From assembly GCA_021498095.1 (NCBI GenBank), contig JAIZWK010000001.1:3270001-3302000 (forward strand): 32,000 nt of DNA, written 5' to 3'. The stretch is from Candidatus Harpocratesius repetitus. Its GTDB lineage: Archaea; Asgardarchaeota; Lokiarchaeia; Sigyniarchaeales; Promethearchaeaceae. The notes beneath the pieces are model-generated. The model made no database searches. It was not told the origin of the DNA and saw only the letters and a program-made list of their open reading frames with translations. The translations under genes and the position numbers were made by a program. Numbering within the stretch: the first letter of the stretch is position 1; the number at the start of each line of letters is the position of its first letter. Shown here in pieces: positions 1-11,400 of this stretch.

Positions 1-417
1 AATTGTCACTTGACGTTCACCCATAGCTTCTAATAAAGCAGCTTGAGTCTTTGGAGCCGTTCGGTTAATTTCATCAGCGAGAATGATATTACCAAACAAA
101 GGTCCTTTTCGAATTACGAAATCACCTTTAGATTGATCAAAAACCATACTCCCTGTACAATCACTGGGTAATAAATCTGGAGTAAATTGAATCCGATTGA
201 ACGAAATCCCCAGTGCTTCTGCAAAAGTTTTGGCAGTGACTGTTTTTGCTAAACCAGGGACACCTTCTAAAAGAACGTGTCCATTAGTTAATAACCCAAT
301 TAATAACATTTGAAGCACGTCACCCATACCAACAATGACTCTTGCGACTTCACTCATTACTTCTTGGGCAATTTCTCGAACAATGCCAACATCTGCTTCT
401 TCAAATACTTCTGTCAT
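1..417 (-). CDS. moxR: MoxR-family AAA+ ATPase, N-terminal part (runs off the window edge; absent from the ORF track)
   Basis: Manual translation of the minus strand gives [59 protein letters not shown]...[14 protein letters not shown]...[36 protein letters not shown]. These are the MoxR Walker A (GVPGLAKT), [12 protein letters not shown] and Walker B (DEINR) motifs. An in-frame ATG also lies at 435; 417 is preferred because AGGTAA precedes it. Confidence 0.96.
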   Translation of the reverse strand, partial: MTEVFEEADVGIVREIAQEVMSEVARVIVGMGDVLQMLLIGLLTNGHVLLEGVPGLAKTVTAKTFAEALGISFNRIQFTPDLLPSDCTGSMVFDQSKGDFVIRKGPLFGNIILADEINRTAPKTQAALLEAMGERQVTI

Positions 418-534
418 AATATTTACCTTCTTCATTGAGTTTTTTTACTTTTTTTGCTTATTACATATTTTTTTTTCATGTATTTCTTGTTTAATTATAA
501 AAAAAATTAAAATTTTGAATGTTTCGTTAAAATT

Positions 535-3033
535 TTACAATTTATTTGCAACCCATGACATTTCCATGAATAGTAATTCAAATTCTCGCTCATCGCGAAC
601 ATTTTCTTTACCTGCTTTAATTTTAAACATTTTTTCAAAGAACTTTTCAATTCGATTATAAACATCTTTCGAAATGTATTGCCCATGTTCTCTACGAAGA
701 GCGCGCATTAGTGCATCCAAGCTGCGATCTCCAGATTCACCAAGCAATCGATTAACTTTTCGTTCAACACGACGGAATAATTCTAAAATTGCTTTTCGAT
801 AACGCTTTTTCTGTCGATACCAATTGATTTTTTGTGCAAAGAAACTTGAAGTGCGAAATCGTAAACGCATTCGGTCACGTTCATAAGCTTCTAAATCTTG
901 TAATTGCAATTTTTTCTTATTTCCTTCTTTAGGAATCCATTTTCGGAATGTTTGTAATGCAAAAATTGGATAAACAAGAGCTAAAATAGGATTGGTTGAC
1001 ATCCAATTAAGATATGCTTGAACTGCACCAAAGGTTGCAGCAGATGAAAGTTGTGTTCTTCCTACATTCCATTTAGGACTATCAGGCGCAATATGAGCTT
1101 CATCAAATACAACAATAGTATCTGAAGGTGCTCGATCACAAGCTAACCATTCTATGGTCTGAATACCCATTTGTAGATTATCAAATTCTGGAATACTTAC
1201 CATTTGATTATTTAACCATGAAGCATCAGTTGCTACAAATATTCTGCTTGAAAAAGTACCATTTCCATTAATTGTAGAAGAATGATATGCAACTTCTTTA
1301 GAACTAAAGACAGCTTGAGCATACCCACCAAGAGGAATTCCTTGTTGAAGAAAAGTACCCATTAATCCTAACGTTCCAGATTGACCTGACAATAAATTTG
1401 CAACTGAACTAGGAAATGGATAGATATCTTTTGATTGATCATATTTATGATCGCCATCAACATCAATAAAAGAATAATGACCAGATGTCTGTCCAAGAAA
1501 ATTCCATCCGAATCCTGACAAAAACTCTCCACCCAAAAATCCGGTAGCATGATCTAACACAACCTTATTAATTCCCGTAGTAATTTCATGAGCTGAAAAA
1601 TCTTGAATTACAGGAAATTCCGGATTTGCTTTATTCCAGTAAGATGCATTATCTATTAAAACCCCATTAGGGAAAAATGTTAAGGGAGTTGCAGAATCTG
1701 GATTTCGTGTGCTTGCCATAGAAGCGACAAAAGATTCAGTCAATAATGTCCCCGCTGTTCCATGATCATCACAGATCATCATTGAGAAATTTGTTTGGAA
1801 TGCTGACAATAGAAAGGGTATTTCTGAAGCGGGATTATAGAATATATTTGGTCCAGCTACAACTAATATAATTTGTTTATTGCTATCTAGTTGAGAAACT
1901 GTACTTATTGAAGATTGAACTGCACGAACTTCATAACCTCTACTCTCAAGAGTAGTTTTAAAAGAAGACCAACCATTCCAATCTGGATTATAAATAGAAT
2001 TACTTTTGTTATTTTGACCTCTATCAACAATAGGCATAAATATAGGAGCCCAAGCTAAAATAAATACTAAAACATAAATAGCAGTTGTAATACCAAAGGA
2101 GATACGGCTTTTAGATTCAGCCGTTCCAGATGCTGTTAATTTCTTCCCCATTTCTTTTCCTGTATTAATTAAAGTGGTAACAACTCTAAATATACCTATA
2201 GAAAGAAACACAATGCTGATATAATTTGTATACTGTACAATTAGACTGTAAGATTGAATTGCAGCATAGATTGCTAAAATAAGGGGAATTATTGAAATTA
2301 TATAACACAAAATAAGAAAAATATAACTTACAAGTATCCTACCACCCTTTCTATTTAGATTTGAAAAGGAAGTTTGTAAGTTTTTTAACATCCTCATTAA
2401 AAAGAGCAAAGAAAAAATTACGATAAAACCGCCAATAATTAGCGGAGTAATAAGTTCTTCTAAAGTTGTAGCAGATTGCCATGGTTCCATAAAAACAATT
2501 CCAGACTTATCCGCAGAAAATGTCCAGAGTAAAAATTGTGAACCAAAGGACATCCAAAAGGAAAAACATAAGGTTATTACAAAATTCATAATGATATTGA
2601 TTATTTTTGGTATTTTACCCGATAAAAAGAATGAAATAAACCAAATTATATGAAAAGTAACAAAAACGGCAGGCATCCAAGCAAAATATCTTTGAATTAC
2701 TTCAGCACTTGACATCAATACAGTAATTGGAAACGGTATAGCTCCAAAAATATATTGTAATCCTTCTGTGTTTATAAATATGAATGGAGTAATATTGAAA
2801 AATAATAAAGCCCACACAATGGAACTTCTAGCAGCAGCTTTGGGTCGTATAATCTGACCTAATATTTTTCGATTTTTACCTTGAACTAATCGAGCCAAAC
2901 CACCAAATAGTAAAAAGATTCCAAGTGCAAACATTGGTCCAAAAATTGAAGGGGGTGCACCCAATGAAGCTGCTAAAATACCCAAACCAATAATAATTAA
3001 CCCAAAAGGAGTTAATATAATTCCATAATTCAT
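535..3033 (-). CDS. Polytopic membrane protein with DUF4350/GldG-like extracytoplasmic domain and helical cytoplasmic C-terminus
   Basis: About 10 hydrophobic segments in aa 1-335, then SIYNPDWNGWSSFKTTLESRGYEV, IFVATDASWLNN and VVFDEAH motifs typical of DUF4350-type proteins, a further hydrophobic helix, and a basic helical tail. Lies directly upstream of moxR, the usual context for this family. Confidence 0.75.
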   Translation of the reverse strand: MNYGIILTPFGLIIIGLGILAASLGAPPSIFGPMFALGIFLLFGGLARLVQGKNRKILGQIIRPKAAARSSIVWALLFFNITPFIFINTEGLQYIFGAIPFPITVLMSSAEVIQRYFAWMPAVFVTFHIIWFISFFLSGKIPKIINIIMNFVITLCFSFWMSFGSQFLLWTFSADKSGIVFMEPWQSATTLEELITPLIIGGFIVIFSLLFLMRMLKNLQTSFSNLNRKGGRILVSYIFLILCYIISIIPLILAIYAAIQSYSLIVQYTNYISIVFLSIGIFRVVTTLINTGKEMGKKLTASGTAESKSRISFGITTAIYVLVFILAWAPIFMPIVDRGQNNKSNSIYNPDWNGWSSFKTTLESRGYEVRAVQSSISTVSQLDSNKQIILVVAGPNIFYNPASEIPFLLSAFQTNFSMMICDDHGTAGTLLTESFVASMASTRNPDSATPLTFFPNGVLIDNASYWNKANPEFPVIQDFSAHEITTGINKVVLDHATGFLGGEFLSGFGWNFLGQTSGHYSFIDVDGDHKYDQSKDIYPFPSSVANLLSGQSGTLGLMGTFLQQGIPLGGYAQAVFSSKEVAYHSSTINGNGTFSSRIFVATDASWLNNQMVSIPEFDNLQMGIQTIEWLACDRAPSDTIVVFDEAHIAPDSPKWNVGRTQLSSAATFGAVQAYLNWMSTNPILALVYPIFALQTFRKWIPKEGNKKKLQLQDLEAYERDRMRLRFRTSSFFAQKINWYRQKKRYRKAILELFRRVERKVNRLLGESGDRSLDALMRALRREHGQYISKDVYNRIEKFFEKMFKIKAGKENVRDEREFELLFMEMSWVANKL

Positions 3034-3193
3034 TTTATTCTGACCTTAGTTGTTTTTTTCGATTTTCTTCGAAATAATTACTCATTCATTCCATTTGAAA
3101 AAAATATTAAATATCATGGATATAAAATTCCATTTTTTTTGTTTTTTAACTATTTTATATTAAATCTTTGACAATTGAAAGGTATTTAAGTTT

Positions 3194-3550
3194 TTATAGA
3201 GGTGGTAAAGGTTTTCCCACCAATTCTTCAAATACCTTTCCAAATACTGTCAAAGTTCGTTTATAGACATCTTCAGTGATGGTTTTATTTCCATATATTA
3301 CACTTTCGACTTCTTGCACAAATGGATATACGATTGCAGGGTTTAATCCATGATCTTTTACCATTATCATTGCATAATCACGAATGCTTTGACTTGGATG
3401 CTTTTGAACACGATATTTAGCAGTGCAAATAAGCACAAATATCATGTATTGATATGCAATTGCTTCTCTAATTCGTTTCGTACCAACTAAAAGTTGTATA
3501 TTTTTTAAGCGAGTACCCAAATCCATTGAACCTTTCTTTTTTTTTCCCAT
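3194..3550 (-). CDS. Stand-alone DUF4129-like helical domain protein
   Basis: Aligns by eye along its length with the C-terminal domain of 3606-5396 (REAIAYQY/REAIAYSY, SQSIRDYA/NQTLREFA, YPFVQEVESVIYG/YPYIALVENVTYG). Start moved to ATG 3550 because the ORF-track GTG (3559) is part of the AGGTG RBS at 3557-3561. Confidence 0.75.
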   Translation of the reverse strand: MGKKKKGSMDLGTRLKNIQLLVGTKRIREAIAYQYMIFVLICTAKYRVQKHPSQSIRDYAMIMVKDHGLNPAIVYPFVQEVESVIYGNKTITEDVYKRTLTVFGKVFEELVGKPLPPL

Positions 3551-3605
3551 AATAAACACCTATTAGTATTGTATTAATTTTTTCAACTTAAATGTTTTAA
3601 TATCT

Positions 3606-5396
3606 TTAGTCACCACCAATTTTTAGAGTAACACCTTCCATCATTTCAGTTTCTGGCGTTACTTCCAAGGCAAAGTTTAGTACAGTTCCAGTGATCTCTT
3701 GAAAAATTCTTGCAAAAACTTTCATTGAACGTTCATATTCTTCAGGTGTTAGATCATATGCACCATAAGTTACGTTTTCAACTAATGCAATATATGGATA
3801 AGTTCTAAGTGGATCTAAACCATATTTTGTGACACATAGTATAGCAAATTCACGTAATGTTTGATTTTTCTCCCGCATTAATCCATATTTTTCATTAATT
3901 AAATCTGCAAATATTTTATAAGAATATGCTATAGCTTCTCTACGGCGATCGACTTTGAAAAGTAAGTTCATAATTGCAAATTTTTCTAAATCTATTTTTC
4001 TTAGTTTAATTGAACGTCGATGAGTTCGTTCCATACGATACCTTTGAAAAACGACAATTCCTCCAATGACAACAGCTGCTATTCCAACAGGAACGAGAAT
4101 CCCAATCCAGTTCTTTGCAGGAGCTTGAATCGTTGCATTTGCTGCCAGATTTCCACCATAATTAGGTTCATCAAAAATAGCTATATTGATTACTCCATTA
4201 TTTTGAATGCTACTACTATCTACAACAGTTTCTCCACCATTTAATACTGAAATAGAAACAGATAATGTTCCATTTGCTGTTATTCCATTAGAAGCAAGAT
4301 TTATAGTCTGAACAATTTCACCATTTGAATCTGTTTGGAAAGGTCCTAAATTGGCAGTCTGACTACCCACATTTAATGTAATTGAGATTTGACGATTACT
4401 TAATGGCAGATTAGTGTCATTGTTGAACCATAATGTTGCTTGAATTTGAATATCATCTCCTGTATATACTCCAGATTCTGAAGAATTTTTTGCATTTGTA
4501 ACCACAAGATCTGCTGAAACAGTTGCAATGTGGGGTATTGAGATCGAAAAATTAGATGGAGCAATCTGATAAAAACTATTGGAACCTTCAGTAGTAAAAT
4601 TCAATCCAGAATAATATACACCTAAACTAGCCAAACCAGCTTCTTGAGTTATAGATAGTTGTATTTGTCCAGTATTATCAATATTTATTCCAGATTGTAG
4701 AATATCTGAAATATTACCGTTTCTATAAAGAGAAACATTCGATGCACTTAATGGTACTGCGTTATCATCTGTTAAAGTAATTAAAATGGAATATTGATCA
4801 TTTGTTAAAACTGGATCTACAATGTTGGTAGTCATTGAAAGCGATGAAGTTGCAAGAACATCAATGTTTTTAGCTGGATCTAAAAATGTTTCAGGTCCAA
4901 CATAAATATTACTTCCAGGATCTTCGGTAATATTCGCATAAATTGTTATATTGGTATTATAATCGATATTATGGGGAATTGTATAATAAATAGTAAAATT
5001 CCCATTTACATCAGTTAGAACACTTAAATTTGCATTTCCATTTAAACCATTATATGCAACTCCATCTACAACAGGAAACACAGGATAATTTGAAAGATTA
5101 AGTAACTGTGGAGCATTATACCAATAAATATGACCCGATAAGGTAATATTTTCCCCTCGATAGATGTGAGAATTGTTAATAGGACTTAATGATATCCAGA
5201 TATTTGTAGATTCACTAGATTGCGGTAATTGGTTCAGGAAATGGCTCGTATTTTGAAAATTCTTAATATTACTTGATTTTTGGTTATTATTTTGGGACAT
5301 TATATGAAATTGTGAATTAAAAAGAATCCCTCCAATCAAAATAAACGAGACTAATACCAATATGAATTTCGAGTTTTGTTGTTTTTTCTGATTCAT
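3606..5396 (-). CDS. Membrane-anchored protein: signal/TM helix, 2-3 Ig-like beta domains, TM helix, cytoplasmic DUF4129-like domain
   Basis: N-terminal FILVLVSFILIGGILF. Beta-rich N/T/S-rich region with TDVNGNFTI and TDSNGEIV turns. TM WIGILVPVGIAAVVIGGIVVF followed by basic RYRMERTHRR. C-terminal TLREF...VENVTYG pattern. GGTGA RBS at 5406-5410. Confidence 0.8.
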   Translation of the reverse strand: MNQKKQQNSKFILVLVSFILIGGILFNSQFHIMSQNNNQKSSNIKNFQNTSHFLNQLPQSSESTNIWISLSPINNSHIYRGENITLSGHIYWYNAPQLLNLSNYPVFPVVDGVAYNGLNGNANLSVLTDVNGNFTIYYTIPHNIDYNTNITIYANITEDPGSNIYVGPETFLDPAKNIDVLATSSLSMTTNIVDPVLTNDQYSILITLTDDNAVPLSASNVSLYRNGNISDILQSGINIDNTGQIQLSITQEAGLASLGVYYSGLNFTTEGSNSFYQIAPSNFSISIPHIATVSADLVVTNAKNSSESGVYTGDDIQIQATLWFNNDTNLPLSNRQISITLNVGSQTANLGPFQTDSNGEIVQTINLASNGITANGTLSVSISVLNGGETVVDSSSIQNNGVINIAIFDEPNYGGNLAANATIQAPAKNWIGILVPVGIAAVVIGGIVVFQRYRMERTHRRSIKLRKIDLEKFAIMNLLFKVDRRREAIAYSYKIFADLINEKYGLMREKNQTLREFAILCVTKYGLDPLRTYPYIALVENVTYGAYDLTPEEYERSMKVFARIFQEITGTVLNFALEVTPETEMMEGVTLKIGGD

Positions 5397-5458
5397 GATA
5401 TTTATTCACCATTTACCTGTTATTTGATTTTATTCTTGATATAATATATATTTCAATA

Positions 5459-8400
5459 TCAAGAAATTGGACCTCCATTTTCAGTTTCATTCAAATATAA
5501 ACTATCGTTGCCATCAAACACGAGTAAGATTTCATCTAAATCATACGGACAATCTTCAATAAGAAATACAAAATGACCTTGGGCATCAGTTGTTACTGTG
5601 AATCGCGCAACTTCGTCGCCTGAGGTGTTATAGAGAATCAAAGTTATATTTTGGTTTGCAAGTCTATTTCCATCAGAATCGGTAAGATTTCCAAAAATAG
5701 TAATATCACTTCCTCCGATAATTATACCTGTTTGTTGATTTAATGGGAAAGGAAGAGCACTATTATCAATAGTATAATTATATTCAATATTTGTGTTTTG
5801 ATATACCCAGAAATAAGCATTATCACTAGAATTAACTGGAATAGCATCAGGCGTGTATCCTACAGAACCTAAATCTACATCTAGAGTGCCATTAAACCCA
5901 ACAACTACTGTAAATTGTCCTCGATAAGGAGCACTTGTAATACTTAAAGAAATATCGTATGCACCATCTGTTGTATCGTGATAATAATTAACAGTATATG
6001 AATAAGAGAATAGATGGCTAACATCATTTGCACCTGAATAAAGATAAACTGAAAGAGTTGCATCCAAATGACCATGAGCAGGATTACTACTATCAACCAG
6101 ATTCCCTGTTACTCCAAATGTAAATGGTGCGGTTTGATATAATGTCATATTAGAGGAATACCCACTAAGTGAAGCAGATAATGTTAATGGATTTTGGTAA
6201 AATACCCAATGATCTGATTGAGCAGTAATTGTATAACTTGTACCATCATAAGAAAGATCCAATTGATAATGATGACCACCTGGATATACATTTCCGTTAA
6301 ACGAAATTGTGAAATTAGCATAACCATTTCCATCAGTTAACAGATTCCAAGTTGTTCCATTTGATAAATCTGTTAAAACAACAGTTGCTCCGCTTACTCC
6401 ACTTCCCTTAAGAGTAAAAGCACATGAAATTTTGATGGAATCACCAAATGTTTGAGTTACTCCACCAATATTATCATATGGAGCATAGTTATAGTTCTTA
6501 GTCTCATTAAAATTGAAATTATAATTTGATGATGTAGTAAACGTATAAGTAACTCCATTAAATGATACAGCCACAGTAATTACATGAGCTCCAGGATTCC
6601 AACCTGGACCGAAGTTAACAGTATAGTTCACCCAGCCATTTGCGTCAGTATTACCAGAATGAAGTAAACCTTCTACAGAATCAGTAATCGTTATACTCGC
6701 TCCTGAAACCGGATTTGTCAATGAGAGAAATTGTGAATTTATTTGCAGAGAATCACCGGCTCCATAATCCGATCCAGTAAAATCATCAGTTATATCTAAA
6801 TGATAATTTTTAGTGTAATCGAAGTTCACTGAGAAACTATCTTGCTTGTTCACAGTAAATGTTGTTCCGTCAAAAGTTGCATCTATAGTATATGTCTGTA
6901 ATCCAGTATAATTTCCGGGTCCAAAAGTGAGTGTAAAGTTAGCCCAACCATTTATATCGGTAACACCAGATGTAATTGGATCTCCAGCGGGATCTTTCAA
7001 AACAATTACTGCACCAGCAACTGGATTCGTTTTTGATAAAAATCGAACATTGATATCTATAGTATCATCCGAACCTACAGAACTTGAAATATTATCTGTA
7101 TGCATTACTTGATAATTTTTTGTATTATCAAAGAAAATAAGAACATTTGTTTGATTAGTAATGGTATATCCATAAGCATCTGTATAACCAATAGTTAAGG
7201 AGAAATTATGCCATCCTGTAATATTTCCTGGAGCAAATTCAATTGTGAAATTTGCATAACCACTACCATCAGTTAAATCGGTTATATCAATTGAAGGATT
7301 GGTTATATCGACTAATCTAACTGTTTCTCCTGCAATTGGAGTCCCATAATGAGCAAATGTTACTGAAATATCAATAATATCATCTGTTCCTACTGAAGAA
7401 CCTCCAGTTGAATCCCAGGGATCAAAAGTATAGCCCTTTGGACTGAAATATATGTTATAGGTATGTGAGAAGTATACTAAATATCCCGCGCCATCAGTAT
7501 ACGAGACATTAATCTTTAATTGATGCCATCCTAAGATGTAACCCGCTGCAGCAAATTCTACAGTGAAATTACCTTGACCAGTTCCCGTTGTAATAATTGA
7601 GTTTAAGGTTGTTCCTTCAGTTAAATCTGTTAACGTCATATTTGCCCCAGATACACCTACATACGAACCAGTGCCGTTATAATCAAAAATACCGGAAATA
7701 TGGAATGGTTCGTCTAATCCTATCCAAGAATTATCAGTAACATTCATCCATGGCCTAAATCGATATCCTTGAGTAGGTTGGAAATTAATGATAATGTTTG
7801 TATATTCAAAATAAATGTTATATCCATAATTATCGGTGTAATTAACATATATCTTAATGTTATGTTCTCCTGTAACTATTCCAGGACCAAAGAAGAGATT
7901 AAATTGAGACTTACCATTTCCATCTACAGCTTGTAATTGATCCATTGATCGATTTGCATAATCAATCAAATTAACTGATGAAGGTTTTTCAGGAACAATT
8001 CCATTATGGAGAAATGTTGTATTAAATTGAACTGTCTGCCCTCCTGAAACGAAAGGGGTATTATTTGTACTTGGAGAGGGGAAAGAATAAAATGATGAAG
8101 GATCAAAGTTCACATTTGTTACTGTATAGGTAAATTCATAGACATATCCATAAGGATTACCAGTATATGTATAATTCAGCAAATATGAATGAGTACCAAC
8201 TCTTAATCCTGAACCAAATGTTATTAAGAAGGTTAAGTTTCCATTAGTAAAGGTTGAATCAACCCAAGTTGAAGAACTGTTTGATGTATCTGTTAAATTT
8301 GCAGATCCAGAGTTGAATGCAGAGCCGTGATGAAGTACATTTAATGATACATACATTTGATCTCCAGAATCTACAGTAGCTCCTGTTGCATTATCCCATG

Positions 8401-11400
8401 GTGTGCAAGTAAAGAAATTAGCTGGATCAAAGTTCACAGACAGATCATGCTCAAATTGAACAGTAAAAGCGCTACCTACATACCTTACAGTTAAATTATA
8501 AGTTCGGAGACCAGTTTGAATGTTAGATCCAAAGAATACAGTAAAATTAGCATAACCATTAACATCTGTAGAAACGGTCCAACTTGTTCCATTTAAACTA
8601 TCTGTTAAAATAGCTGTAGCTGTTTGAAATCCTGAACCTTTAAGTAGAAGTTCTCCATCAATTAAGAGAGTATATCCAGAATCTGCTGAAACAACTCCGT
8701 AAGTTGAGAAATCACTATGATTCATAAATCCTGTAAAAGCAAAATTCTTCGTTTCATTAAAGTAAATTTCAATCAAATGATTAAAACGAACATGATATGA
8801 ACCTTGTGGTAAATCTAAAGAAATATTATAGCGATGTAATCCTGATGAATTTGCAAATCCAAATGTTAATGTCCAATTATAATATCCATTTATATCAGTA
8901 ATAAACACGCGAGATACAGATGGTTCACTTAAATCAGTAATGTTAACTGGTGCACCACTGATTTTAGTTCCATTCACATATTCAAAAACACCCGATAGAT
9001 GGAAAGAATCATCGACACCCAATTGCCGACTTAAATAAGGTGCTAATAATGAGTATGTAGTATAGTTTAATTGAGAATCGAAGTTATAACTTTTTGTTTC
9101 GTTAAACACAACCTCGATATAAGTAAAATTAGTGCTGACGAATAGTCCATCATCATATGAAACATTAAACAGAAACTTATTTACTCCTGTTATATTTCCA
9201 GAACCAAAATTAAAAATAATTTCTACAGCTCCTTGTGCATTAGTTTGAATATTCCATTGTGCAGATGAATTAAGGTCAATAAGGGTAACATTAGCATTGG
9301 CAACTGGAGTACCATCATCCTTAAATATCGCTGTAAAATTAAGAGAATCTAATATTCCAAACTGTCGCTGTTGTACGGTAGTGCTTGAATTCCAAGTAGA
9401 AATTGCTTGGCTATTTAAAAATGTATCAAATGTATATGAAGAAGGATTCATTACTTCTAAAGTGCCATCACTGGAATCATTAGCAGTTGAAAGACCTTGA
9501 AAATATGGAATCCATAGATCATTCCAAGAATTATTCCATCCATACGTGCTTGTAAGATTGAAATATCCTTCAAAATATACATCAGTCCTAAAAGGACTAT
9601 AAGAAGGTGCAGTCAAATTAAAGAAATTAAATTGCTCGCTATACCCCACTGAAGGATTTGTAACCATTTCAGTAAAAATTCCGTTTTGTAAAAAGCTCAC
9701 ATTCCATGCTTTTCCATTTCGATCAAATACTCGATAATGAATAATATAATTTGATATATTTTCACCAGTTCCTGCATCATAGACGCGCCCGTATATCGTA
9801 AAATTATCATAAGGATCTCCAAGTTCATTGTTTAAATAATAAACATTTGTTTTTGTGGGGAGTCCAGCAGTTCCACCTGTGAAATTTTCTGAAAGCTGAT
9901 CTACTACAAGCGGATCTTGAATTACAACATAGAAATAAGTTTCAGCTGTGTTGGGAGCGGTAGGCCACACCATTCTTAACAAATGAGGACCAGCAGTCCA
10001 ATCAGAATCCACATCTGAATTTAGTTGATATAATACAGAACCATATCCTTGACTATCAGTAGTAAATGAAGTAACAAGGCGATTTCCTTCAGTTATATCA
10101 AATATTTGAACTTGTGAGCCGGAAGAATAATTATATCCTTGCCATAGTGAAGCTGAGAAATTTAAAACTAAATTAGTCCGACTTCCATAAATTACAGGAT
10201 CTTGATATATCGGTAGTGAACTATTATGTGCATAACGAGTGGAATTCATATAGAAATGATATTCGTAGTATTCATCATTATACATTAAAAATGTTTCATT
10301 TTTTGCATCTGTATATCCCGCAGCAGTATGAGCTGGAATTCGAGTCGGAAAAGAAGAAAATAATGATTGATATTGGGAAGAAAACTTAGCAATATCTGCT
10401 GAAATATCAAATACACCATAGAAATTAGTGAAAATTTCATACTGTCTACCCCAATCACTTGAAATAAATCCAGGGATAGAAATGCTAACTGAAAATGCCC
10501 CATCACTTCCAGTAACTGTTCCATTAGGTGTTGGATTAAAACTAGTCGGAATTGGTTCATGAACTGTAGGTAGCTTTACACCAGTAAAATTAACTTCAAC
10601 ATTTGCAACTGTTTTATTTAGAACTGGATCATACGCATATCCACTAATTCCTTGATTTTGGGATGTATTTGGCCCTGATACAATAATGCTATTTGAAACA
10701 TTACTAAATATTTGAACATCATCCAAAATATTAATCACTGTAATGTTAAATATAGGTACACCATAATATTCAGTGCTTATGTTTAGAGTATGAGGCCCAA
10801 CTATCAATTCATCTAAATTTAAAGTAAAAGTAATTTGACCATTAGTATCAGTATATCCAAAATCAAGTATTTGATCATAGGTAACATCATAGAGTGTTAT
10901 TAATTGAGAGCCCATTGGATCATCATTAAAAACATATGTAAGAGTAATATCAACCGATTGAGCTTCATCAAATTCATTATACCGTTCATAGCCTGCAGGA
11001 TCAGGATAAAAATCATTACCACCATTATACTGTAAATTAAAACTTACATCATCAGGACTCTGGGGAATAACAGGCGTAGCGATAAATCTATTATCAAATG
11101 CAACCCAATCACCTTCACTTGAAGAAGTTGGGATAAATGCTTCAACCCATGTATAAATATTTCCAACTAAATATGGATAATAAGTTAATCCATCATTTGA
11201 ATCATAAAAAGAAGTAACACCTAAAGTATTTGATATAAGATCGCTATATTTAAAACCAGACACATATCGAGAACTAATACCATTTAATCGGGCTAAAGCA
11301 ACGATTAATGAACTAAATTCAAAAGGATATTGAGATTCACCACTTCCACAGAACCATTCTAATGGGTCTTGACCATCTGGAGGGCGTGCATCTCCTAAAG

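Noticed and set aside
335-661. ORF-track 108-aa plus-strand ORF
   Set aside because: Antisense to moxR and the DUF4350 gene and made largely of T/A runs; a shadow ORF.
5397-5458. Possible frameshift splitting one TGase-Ig-TM-DUF4129 gene in two
   Set aside because: The downstream gene has its own GGTGA RBS and N-terminal signal/TM helix after a 62-bp gap, so these are two real genes.
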